DNA from: Mizuhopecten yessoensis
Lineage: Eukaryota
Direction of reading: 5' to 3'
DNA length: 64,000 nt
Assembly (NCBI RefSeq): GCF_002113885.1
Contig: NW_018407189.1
Span: forward strand, 111,720 to 175,719
Below the pieces are notes generated by a model. It was given only the letters and a program-made list of their open reading frames with translations, did not search any database and was not told the DNA's origin. Position 1 is the first letter of the stretch; every line of letters begins with the position of its first letter. A program made the translations under genes and the position numbers. Below are positions 1-12,900 of this stretch, piece after piece.

Positions 1-877
1 CTGTGACAAAAATGACAATGTCATCAAGGGTGTCATAAAGCAAATGAATAGGAGACAAGCCTCCAAATATACTTTAAAAAAGGTTCTGGCGTGTCAGGTT
101 GGTATGTCTCAATTTCACACCAGATGAGGTATTTCATGAAGTACAAGTAACACATCAAACTGAACAGCTAGGTATAATATGACCTATTAGAACATCATAA
201 GTTGGAACACACCTATTTTAGACATGTGTGTGAATCTGTTAGTGACTGCGTATGGTGTAAATATTCCTACAAGAACATTACCTGATGAATTTGACGATAC
301 TTTACATGCAGGTTGTTGAATGGCAAATGTCAAAAATATTGGTCACTTCAATTAAAGCGTTTGGAATACATTTTATCGGTTTCAGAATTTTGAAACATTT
401 AATCCATACAAAGAATATGTATAAAGCATAACTTATCAGCAATACAAATTGGTTGACTGCAACTATGAAACATAACAGGAGGAAGGTGATGTTAGGCCAC
501 TACTCATTTGAGCTCATTTTGGACTCCAGTTTAACAACGCACCCAGTACTGGTATCACAGATTCTAGTAAGCAATTCATATTTGGTGTCGAAATGATCAA
601 CTTCACCTGAGCAACAGCGTTACATGGGAAAACATCAGCTTAAGATTTAAATCGTGATTTGCCAGGCTCTTGAGTAAGTATGACTTCATGATCTGAGACA
701 TAGTACTACAAGGAGCTCCAATTTGACCTAATCAGACCATAGGCAGTTGAGACCATCATTTCCAATACAGTCCGGCAACGTTGTTGCAAAATATGAAACA
801 AGACATCGCTGCGTGGGCCGACCATTTGCGATTTTTTAGCATTGGAGTGGACCCCACCTTGAAAACAAATCACAAAC

Positions 878-985
878 CTGGTTAAGGACGTCATACAGAC
901 TTTCATACAAGTTTTCCAAATTCAAAAGGAGTACAGCCTGTCCACTCTCCATACACAATTTGATACGGTTGATGTTTCGGCAAAT
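878..985 (-). CDS. RNF213: RNF213-like exon w46 (ICRNINRIKLCMESGQAVLLLNLENLYESLYDVLNQ)
   Basis: 108 nt, conserved motif; not in the ORF track in this frame. Confidence 0.95.
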
Positions 986-3900
986 CTACAATTAAAACAA
1001 TGTTTTATTTTCTTACTACGACCATATATTATACAAATACCATGAGTTGAAGATATATCCATCAACTTTTTCCCTTCCTTTTTAAGTTACTACATCAAAT
1101 ATGTTTATGTAATGAAATATTCAAAACAAATATATATATACTTGTGTGTATTCCTGGTCCTTAGGGAAGCTGCTTCCAAACAATGTGGTCAAGCGAAGAT
1201 TTTTCACTGTAAGTATTTGGTGCTGTAACATTGACAGGAAGCTGTAGTTCTCAGTCAGCAGCAAAAGGTACCGATTTTCAAGACTAAAAAGGAAAATATT
1301 AAGTGATCTGTTGTATTCAGAATTGTTTATTTGTATCATTGGAAAGGAATTTATAAATACATTTTCCCAACCCTGTGCAACAGATGAGAACTAAATAAAC
1401 GAAATGACCATATTGTGAATTAAAAAGAAATCTGCATTGATTTACTAAATTTCCTAATTTGAACTCAAACACCAGCTAGTCACTTGATAAATACCGCCGC
1501 TCTAGATATTTTGGTTTCCTAAAAAGAACACATTTACGTGTTAAAACATTTACATATTGCACAGCGTATTTTACAGCGTCCCCTGTTGGTCCCGTCCCTT
1601 GTAAGTTACAAGAACATTTCTTTGCCCCTTATTGGTCAGCATTAACCGAGGGGACCAGCCCCTTCGATTCCAATAATCAGAATTGTCATCACCTTGAGGA
1701 ATTATTCTACCAACTTTGGTTACAATTGGCGTCGTGGTTCTTGTGTGAAAGATATTGATAGAAAGAACACGAACAAGAACGGATTGAAATAGCTAATTTG
1801 GCTCTTGTGAGCTTAAAAAGCAAGAAATATGCATCATAGACTACCTAATATATCAGACGTTTTTACAGTGAACTCATAGACGTCAGCATCGCAAGTAACT
1901 TTTGGATGTTGCAACTGATTTACGTACCCATCCACAGCCTCTTTGAACGTTAGGGCTGCCTTGATCAGTCCCATTTGAGAACAGTCAGGGTCAGAGCTAC
2001 GTGGCTGGAAATGGATGACCACAAAATATTTATGTGTATGAAAATTTACTAGACACTAATATACAAAGTTTTAAACAATTTTTCTCCCACCTGATAATTG
2101 GTTTCATGACAAACATTTGCCTATTCATGAAAGCGTTCTAATATTTGGTCTCCGAGTTTCAGATGAAGACCAATGTCTTGCTCTACGAAGAAAGCTAACA
2201 GTTGGAATACAGAATTAATGTTTGAACATGAAAAAGGTTTCATGAATGCCTGCGCAGGATCTTTTATTGAACTGTACCTTTGCAAAGTATAATGAGAGCT
2301 ATTTTGTAAAATTGAACATGTTTTCAATATATATCGATAAGATGTAATACATCAAAAAGGATCAAAATGAATAGATGAATCAATGTCAAGATACGTCTTC
2401 CTTCTAAAATTTTAGGCTTATCATCGGACAGTATTAGTAAAAGAGATACCACTGAAATATGAGGGTCTATTAATCAAAGAAAGTTAGATAATTCCACATA
2501 TAAGAATCCGAAATTCACGTAATTACAATAGACAGGTTTTTTTCCAATGTACCTTTGTGTTTGGAAACTGTAGATGGGAACTGAATATCTCCAACGGTTT
2601 CACTTCGTCGAGTCCACCGAAATTTCTCAAAATTGAATGCCTCAGTTCAAAGGTTGTGAGTGGATTGTTTGAAGTTGAAATGAAAGCGTACATCATCTTG
2701 ATCAATCTGAAACAAACAATAGGAAATGCTGTATCCGTTATGATAGTGAGTGGATTGACACAGTGGTACATTTTTTTCTGTTTTACTCAACTAAATAATA
2801 CATAATGATTTCGAATGCTGTTTACCTGAAATGCTCAAGTGCAGTAAAAAAACGTCATTTATTGCACGAATTTAAACATGAAACTAATGATTTTGAATAT
2901 TGAAATAAAAACATGCAAACGTGTCTGGCTTTATAAAATTAATTCTTATTGAAGCCACAATTTTGAGATTTAAATCATTTCTATGAACCTTTTCCGAAAC
3001 AAAAATCTTATTTCTATTTTTGACTCAAATAAAGTATTTCTTTATAAAATGTCCAATAATTCGAAAGATGTCGAATCTGAGTTATATCGTTCAGTTAAGA
3101 ACTTGCATCAACTGGCAGCAGTCTTAATAGAAGATTGGGAAGAACACAAGAATATGTTTGTAGAAAGAAAGTTTGTTCAGCTGTTTTTAGAGCAACATAA
3201 CAATCAAGCAACAAAGATGAGGTTGTGTTTCGTTTGAATCATGGTAATATGAAGCAGCAAGTGCTTCGTTTACTTTGGCTAGAAAATGATAATAATAACA
3301 TAAAAGTACTGGTCGCAGGCAAATGTTTATACATCCAGATCAGATGTTTTCTCAGATCTATACTGACGCCCCGACAGTGAATGTTCATTATAGTCAAGTT
3401 CGTGATTGTATAACAATCTGCTTTCTGCTGTGCTTATCTAGCCCTGCGTCAAACGCTTTTATTGTTTGTGTTTTGACGACGTGATTTGGCACGGAATTCC
3501 AATAGTTAACCAATCTTTCTTTATAGGAGTACTTTCTGTAGTTAAGAATTAGATATTCATCTTTTTTAAGATTATGACATCTTGTTCGATCATTATTGTT
3601 TATAGTTTAAAAACCTTCCGTTACAGAAGAGTCATATTATCCATGTGTGATATCACGAGCGCCACATACACGGACAAAACAATGTATGCGTCTTACTATG
3701 TGTTCCATTTATTCCCAATATCTATTTGCTTTGTTGACCGATTAATGACAACAAAACAAGTGAAAGATAGTTATAACTCTAACTTGGTAATGTCAGGTAA
3801 AACCATATCAACAATCAATGTATTACCCGTAAAAGTCTCGCAGACCGAAGAACTCTCTTTTTGTCAATCTGCCGGTTGATATGTTGCTGAAAGCTCCTGC

Positions 3901-6900
3901 CACCTGGGATAGATATGGTGCTACTCTTTGTTGGACTGATTTATCGGTTTCACAAATGCCCCTGTATGTAAACAAATGAATGAAATTTATAAGTATCAAA
4001 CACAAGATAAACACGATACGACACATGTTGTGAAAGAATTGTGAACAAAACTCCTGAGAGGGTAATATATCAACAACTTACAAACTTACCTTTATAACAT
4101 GTCAATCATTATGTAATAATCTTAATCATTATCTCTATATACCATATATGATTAATAGCATCACATCCCCGTTTACTAAATGAGAACCGGTGCATGTTAA
4201 ACTAAGGATAAAACGTAACCAAATTATGAGTGTTTGTAACACACGTTCCTTCATATTTCTCTATGTCCATGTACATTTATGTTTCTGGCAAGCGTTTCGG
4301 AAGATATAATTTTTTGTCGAAAACATTTTATGCATCTCAAGAATGTTGTCAAAACAAGATCTAATAATTTCTTAATAGAAACATATTGCTTATACTGGAA
4401 TTTGTTCTGATTTGCTGACACTTAATTCATAACAATAATGACTTCAAAAGAATATCGTCAATATATAGATAATGCAAGTGAATTAATTCAGTGTTTATTG
4501 GTGTTTTTTAATATACTCATTAGTGTGTTTGCGGATTCGATTTCATTACTCCAATTCTTAAGTTAATAATATGAAGAATGTGACTTCGGCTACTTTTCCA
4601 AGGGTTTCAGTGTAAATGTTTCATAATTCATATTTTGCCCCTAGTTAAACTTAGTTTGTTTCACTTCGGTTTTTTAAAATAAATAAATAAATAATTAATT
4701 CTCAGCATGCCGTTTATAAATATAATAATCACTATATGATCAATGTAGGTAGCTAATATATAAAAAACATATACTTAGCTGACCTAGCGCTCTCTATTAA
4801 TTCTTCAACAGACGGGATGTTTCTCTGGACAAGAATTCCTCTATTCATTTTCGCTGGATCAAGGGCCCAGTTTGAAATTCCCAGAAAGCTGACCTACACA
4901 AAGAAAAAACCGCGAAATTATCAAAACTCTTAGTTTAAACCATATTTTATTCATATCAATAAACATGCACAAATACATAGACATTTCATCATATATAACA
5001 CGCTTTGCTGATAAAACATGTAAAACTTCGCAGTGATAGCCTTAATATGTACATAAGATACTATGAAGAGAAACAGAAAGAACATGATATTAGGGATAAA
5101 GATTACGGGTAACTGATTGAATTTAACCCGGTCGGATGGGTAGTTAAGTTTACATGATAACTAAAATAAAAAAAACGCTTAAGTTGCTATATATATTTAC
5201 TTTCTAGAAATGGATGAAACGACATACTAAAAATTTTCGCTTAATAATGCGAACCTACGCGTAACGCTGCCAAATTTTCTCAAAATAACGCAAAACGAAT
5301 CGTAATAACGCGAAACTATCGCGAAATTAACGCGTAATAACGCGAAACTAACGCGTAATAACGGGAAATTATCGCTAAATAACGAAAAACTAGTGCAGAA
5401 TAACGCGAAGCGTTCGCAAAATATTGCGAAACCATTGCGTAATAACGCAAATTTTTCGCGAAATAAATTGAACTTGGCTGATCTAAAGCTAAAATTTTAA
5501 GTCTTTGAGCAATAGCAAATAAAATCATCATAAGTAAGTCGACATTAAAGAGAATATTGAAACGATTACATTTAACGAGAAGGAAACATTATTCGGCTGT
5601 ATGTGATATTGCGGTATTCATGTTTAATGAACTGCAGAATTCTGGACAACTTCATGGTTTTAGATGGATGCATAACAAATGAGTACAGGCTGGTTTTACT
5701 TTTCCCCGCGACACGGTGTATCAGCTATTAAAAATTCTAGATCCGGATGGGGTTTTCAGGCGGAAACGACTACATAGGCGGCAATCTGTTAGTAATGGTC
5801 CTGTTTATGTCTGGCATGTTGCTTTCCCTATCAGCTATCCATGTTCATTTAAAGAAATAAAAAGTGAAAAGGACCCAATAAAGTTATATATTTCTGTGTT
5901 CAGCATAATAAAAACGAGTGAAACAAGATGCCACACTTGAACAAAAATATGAATAAATAAGAAAGAAAGGGGATTCCCTGAAAAGTAGACCGGTCGGTAT
6001 CACACACCCGTTTGATACATACATTTTTATCACACAGCTTGAATTGACCATTTATCAGCTTAGTAAGATTGCAATAAGGTATGCAATAAGAACGAAATTC
6101 TAGTTCTTGTTTTGAAATCTGTACATATTTGACCTTTTTTAAATGAAAACCCGGTTGTATAATGACGAAAATTTAATCGTGGAAATCGGGACGCTATTTT
6201 GGCTTACTGGCGAGTGCTACCTTACTTGGTTGCAATGAACAAGCCGTCCCAACTTATATAATCAAAACGATTGGATTGTTCCAACTCTACGTATGCGATT
6301 AAAGCTTCTTGTAGACCGAAATGAAATAAAAAAAAAAAAGGGAACTCAATTACTTGTGTAAAAAACAAAACAAACATCTATCTTCACTCTCATCATTTGG
6401 TTCTTGACTTCTTCGGATGAAACATCCTCAAGGAGTACCCAAAAACTTTTTCATCCATAGTTCAACTGATATCGCAAACGTAAAACCGCATGAATGCAAA
6501 TAAGAATCATACGAAAATGAAGTAGAATATATTTCAGTTTAAACTCAAATCGATAACATACCTTCTTATAGGCATTCGACTCATGTGGCAACAGATCCTC
6601 ATTTGTTCCGTCTTCTAGCAGCGGATGTAATGCCTGGTAAAAAAATAAGCATACATTCATAGCAACAGGCCACTGCAAACGATACAAGTTCCCTCGAATG
6701 TGGTAAATGATTACAAATCTTACTGTACCCTGCTACTTCGCAACAAGCAAACACCTCTTTATCTATTGATAAATGAGAAAATTTTGATGAAACTTATACA
6801 GCAATAACCATAGCAAGACATTGAGTATTCTAGTACATTTCCAATGCATGGCATTTTAATGAAACTCTTTCGAGCGTTCCTACGCTTTTCTACGCTTACA

Positions 6901-9900
6901 AATGGACGATTCGTTTGTGGTAACAAGAACGGGTTTTAAAAAAAAAACACATAAAAAACACTAAAAACGAAACGAAAGTACCCTTAGTACATAAGAAGAA
7001 ACGTGTATTGAAATATCGAGGATTTTTGTTATCTGACCGTCAGTTTTGCTTCTCATGGACATAATCTTTAATTTCGCTTCCACTGACAACCGTCTACATC
7101 CATTGTCCGCCATTTCGAATTGATGGACAGAAAATGGGGTGCGATATTTCTGGTGTTTCATTCATTGGATAATAATGAGATATACTTTCTAGTTCACAAT
7201 TTTGAAACAATATAATAAGTTTGATCAACATTCGCAAGGATGCAACGCTGTATATCCTTGTGACGACGTCAAGGAATAAAATACCCGCATGCATTTTCAG
7301 CGCCATAACGTTACAGTTTCCATGTAATTATCATTGCAACTACCTCTACTTCAGTAAACATTGTCGGTACAAAATGTCTCTTGCATTTGCTTTAGTAAAG
7401 CAGATGAATATTACCAAGCAATTGCATGACCCATATCAGCCATTTCGGCAAACGCCTGGCTTTTGACATAATTAACAATCTATACCGATAACGCGTATGT
7501 AACACGGTAGGTATGGGATCGTTAGGAAAGGCTTGTTTTTTGGTTTTGTATCGTTTTATGGTACATAAATAATTTAGGGCCAAACAACATTAAAAATACA
7601 CGTTCACAAACAGGAATATAACATAACCGGGAAAAAACTTACTATCTAGACTTCATTTCATTATATGTTATTGAGTTAACAATAGGATAGAATAGCAAGC
7701 TAGGCATATATACATATGTACGTTCTATCCTTATATTGACATGACAAAGACAGAGATGAAACAATTGATAAGAAAAAAATGATGCATAATATATATCTTA
7801 AGTAGCATATATCATCACTCTATATAACAAATAGTATAAGGGAAATTAATCACTGTATGTTTCATTTGTATATAAATATTTAGTCTACATAATAAAACAA
7901 TGAAATGTTTAGCTTTACGTCATAAGTTGTTTGTGGGACGGAACTAGATAAACAGCCATTTCCTTGCTGGAAGGGGCCAGTTGTATTCAGTAATTTAATG
8001 TATACCATAATAGCTACAGTGATCCCTGTGAACTAAACGTGTGCTATGTAGCGTCTGTCTCAGCCAGTTGGTATTCGCTGTATTTAATATTTTTAGAAAG
8101 GAGGAAGTAATCGACCCTCAAACTGTATCAGTGACATCCATACAACTTATCATTACAATTAACCTCTTGTACAATTTCCTTCCACGTTTTGCCCTCGTGA
8201 AAATAGGGCAAGAAGGCATTTATGATCTAAATCCATTCAAGCCTAATCTACAAACTAGATTGCTTTAATCTTGACAACCCCAATGGACCCATTCAGGTTC
8301 GTTAAGTCACTAGGCTATTTCCCCCTGATGTCGTAATTGAAAGCCGACTGATGAGGGACCCCATACAGAATCAGGTGTTTTCTTCAGTGTCTTCTACTTG
8401 GAACACATTAAAGAAACCAATATTGATTTGCTGCCCCTATCGCAACTTTGCTCTTTGGAACAATACCTTTTCTTTTCCATCTTTCGTACTCCTTTTCGAC
8501 ATACCCCAAGCATACAACCCGCTAGGGGAAGTTAAGTCTAACAATATTGTTGTTTTTTGTATCTAGAGCATATATTTCAAGTCACCAAAACTTGTTATTG
8601 CATTGTTGTACTTTGGTGAATTGAAGTTGAATGTGTCAGGATTAATTGGTGTGGTCGGTTGTATCAACAATGAATTTTGCATGGTATTGTTACCCCTTTT
8701 TTCCTCAAGGTATTGAAGTTCTTCATACGTTTCAGTGACTAATTCCGACATTGGCTTCAAAGATTCATATTTGGATGTCAAAATAATCGAAATAACCCCT
8801 TTCCAATAATCTAATTGAATTATATATTGACGCATTTACATTTTCTGATCGATACAATGTCGAACGATACAGATGAAACAAAACAAAGGGAAAAAAACAT
8901 CAACCGTTTTGGCCTCTGAATGTCGAAAACAAAACATTTTGACCACACGAGATCAAACCGGACCATACCATGTTTTAAAGTGGTTTTATTAAGGAGGAAG
9001 TTCAACATGAATATATGCCTTGAGGACCAATCAAATAAAACACACATGTGCGGCGTTGCATATCATGCGTTGTCAGTATGGAATGTTATTTATGTCAGAA
9101 GACAGACGTTTGCCGAGTGCCTGATATGGGCCATGCGAATGCATAACAAATCAACTGCTTCAGAAAAGCAGTTGCGAGAGACGTTTCGTCCTGCAAAATG
9201 CTGTTTACTTGCGTAATTGTCATGACATTTACTTTTATTATGACAACTCTTAAATAATAACGCAGTGGCCGAGATGGCTGCTTTGGACCATCGTACTCCG
9301 TTCCTCTCTGAGGAATAAAGCAAACAAACCTTAACTCACATAATTCAAGATGGCCATCTTCATTTTCAATCCTTTGTTAAAGCTACTAAAGCTTGAGAGT
9401 TGTTGCTAATAGGTTTTTTAATTCACTTATCAAACATGTACTTATATACAGATACAAAAAAAAAGAATACACACAAACACTCACACACACAATAACAGCT
9501 ACATACCCACACAAAATAATATATAAATAAATGATTAATAAATAAATGGTATTCGTGACATTAGGTATACAGACAAAGTTCAAATTCAAACAAAAGACAA
9601 AGGACATGTGGGATAAAGCAAGGACAAAGGAAACCTGTCGGCCATCTTAGTTTTTCGTTCAGTCTCAAAATTTCACCTGTCGGCCACCTTGAGTTTTCCG
9701 AACAGTTTGAAAATTAGTTATACATAACTAACGACCTAGGGGAACCAGCATAAGAAATTTGAGAAAGTACTTTTGTAGTACAAACCACAATTGTGTAAGG
9801 ACGGACGGACGGACCACGGAACATGGACGAAACCTGGTTTGAATAGCCCACAATCCGATGATTGTAGTCAAAAAAATGGATAAATGGAATTATTTTTTTC

Positions 9901-12900
9901 CCGATAGCATTCAAGTCCCTAAATTCAGAAAGGAAATTGGTTATAAGAGGTGTTGCAATTATAATATTGACCTTTAGGGGCATATGAGGTGAGTCCTCTG
10001 CGAGTCCAATCTCATCAAGAACGACAACCGCCACAAATTTCTGAAGGTCCTGTAATTTTTGAAATTCTGAAGCCTGCTTGAAAGTTCGTATGATTCCTTC
10101 AGAAGTTGAAAGGGGGCTGCATTGATAGGACACCATTTGCACCTACAAATAAAAGACAATTATCAAATCCTCTACGTATTAATAACTGGAAAAGAGTTGA
10201 TCAGTTCCCTCCTCTAATTGTCAGGTTTGTACTTGCTTAATCGCAAGAATGCAGTTTGATATGAAAGTAAATAATAGCCGATAATCGAACGAAGAGCGAC
10301 TTTTAAGGAACCGAGGTTACAAAACACTAATATAAGTAGTCGGCTAGAGAAGGGCTCAACACTGATCTGTGCCAGAATACTTTTTTCATTATAGAAAATT
10401 TTGGCCTCGAACATCGCTGATGAAATTTTTTTAATCGCATCGGGAATGTAAAGTGTACTTTTGTTTTGATTTCTTGTGTTTAATACAAAATTGTTACCCT
10501 GATATCAAAAAAGAAAAACGGTAACGGTAAAGTAACGTTGAACTGCTTGAAACAGTTGTAATAACTAGTTTTCCTTATTTCACAATTAAATCAAATCATG
10601 TCACAATATTTGCTAAACAAAGAAACACGATTTACTTTGGACGCACGCACGCACGTTCCTGTACGGAAGAACGGATGTACTAACAAAGTAATGTTCAGAA
10701 TGAGGAACACAACCATATGCTCCACAATCTTCTTAACAACAGTATGTCATCATGGGTAAGGCGACCAATAACTAAACCCCTTTCAAAAGCATGAGGAATA
10801 GATCTCTTCTGATGCTATTAATGTTACTTGCTGGATATATAGAATCTAACCCAGGTCCAAAACAAACACCGGTCTACCCATGCGGTTTATGTGAAATCCA
10901 GTGACATGGTCAAACCAAGGAACCTACTGTGACGAGTGCTGTATCTGGCACCACAGATTATGCATTGAACTCTGCAGTAAAGACTACGACTGCTCCAGAG
11001 ATCAAACGTCCAATGGTACTGCTACAAATGTGACAGCCTGCATGTAACCTCATTCACTTTTCACAGTTATGAACTAAATAGTACTAACTTCTACGAACCA
11101 CTATCGGAACTAAACACAACATTAGAGAGTGTATCATCTGCAAGTGCATTTAGCCCACTAAAAACAAGTAGCCCAAAACGGATAAGAATAACAGCAGTGT
11201 GAAATCATCAGGAACACCAAAATTTGTAAGTAGTAATGAAAGTTCAATCTTCCACCTGCCTCAAAAAGATAACCTCAGAATCCTCACTGTAAATTGTCGA
11301 AGCATTATAGATAAAAAAAAAACAAGAACTGGAAGCTGCACTTGGATACATCAAAGTATACAGAAATGACAGAGGAACTCTAGGAGGAGGTGTATTCATT
11401 CTAGTGAAAAAATCCATAACATCAGTTGAAAAGACAGAATATGTTACGGACTGTGAAATAGAATGGGTGAAAATCAAGCTCCGGGGAAACATTATAGGTT
11501 CCTGTTACCAGCCGCATAGAAACAACATAGACTTAATGGAACTCGATAAAGGACTGACAAAGATTTTGGACTCAAACCACAAAAAAATAATATTGGCTGG
11601 GGATTTCGACTGCCCTGACATTTGCTGGAACAACATGACTGTAAACCAGGGTGGACAGGATAAAGAAACACAAAACCTACTTATCAACATAACAACAGGA
11701 GCACATCTGACACAAATACATGACCAACCAACACGTGAAAACAACATGCTAGACCTCATATTTACTACAAACCCAAGCCTTGCCAAGAGCTCATACAGTG
11801 TACCAGGAACATCAGACCACGAAATGGTAGTTACGGACATTCAAACAAAACCTCATTACAATTCCTCACCAGCGAGGAAGTTCTATCAATATTCACGTGC
11901 ATCATGGGATAAACTAAAAGAAGACATCACCAAAACATCGAATAAATTAGATCATGACTACCAAAATGATGCAAATGTCAATGACCTCTGGAGAACATTT
12001 AAAGAGGTCCTGCGCAATGCTATGGACACCTACATACCATCAAAAGGTGCAAGAACACGAAACAAACTACCATGGATGAAATCTAAAGAGCGGAAAATGA
12101 TTAGGAAAAAAACGCTTTACCAGCAGGCCAAAAGAACTAATAATTGGAAGATTTATAGACACCATCAAAGGGAATGCAAAAGAAACCTAAGGAGAGCAGA
12201 ATGGGAGTACATTAACACCAGCATTCTAAAAGGTCTCGAAAATAACAACAACCAACCGTTTTGGAAATATATCAAATCAAAAAAGCAAGACTCAATAGGA
12301 GTAGCCCCCCTAAAAAGCACAGGTACTCTCATCAGTGACAGTCAATCAAAGGCGGCTATATTAGTCCAACAGTTTAAATCGGTATTCACCATCGACAAAG
12401 ACATCAACATACAAGAAACAACAAACCGAGTACAGGAAACAATTCCGAAACTATACATAGATACAAACAGTGTTACTAAAATACTCAGGAACTTAAACAT
12501 ATCAAAAGCTTCAGGACTAGATGGAATACCAAACAGAATCCTCAAAGAATGCGCAACAGAAATATCATTAGGACTCACAAAAATATTTCAAAAATCATTT
12601 TAACTAGGGAGAACTTCCAGCAGACTGGATAAATGCCAACATCTCATGCATATTTAAAAAGGGAGACAAACACTCTGCGGAAAACAATCGCCCAGTGTCA
12701 CTAACATCAGTCCCCTGCAAACTTCTGGAGCACATCATCTGTCGACACATGCTAGAAATTAAACATCTTGAAAACCATAGAGTACTCACCAATCTAAATC
12801 ACGACTTCAGATCGTGCTTTTCCTGTGAGAGGAAAATGAAGGTTGTACTTGAAGGCACAACGTCCCAGGAGGAACACGTCGCCTCCGGAGTATCTCAAGG

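Noticed and set aside
1-870. Next RNF213 exon (expected VDLGLG..RVKCRV motif)
   Set aside because: The motif was not found; the exon probably lies beyond the window edge.
2983-3560. Possible Crypton-like remnant (FVQLFLEQHNNQATK)
   Set aside because: Resemblance is too weak and no recombinase motifs are visible.
6961-7583. Short ORFs resembling an HTH or THAP fragment
   Set aside because: No complete motif; cannot be supported without a search.
11404-12603. 399-aa ORF as a host gene
   Set aside because: It is the APE endonuclease/linker part of a decayed LINE.
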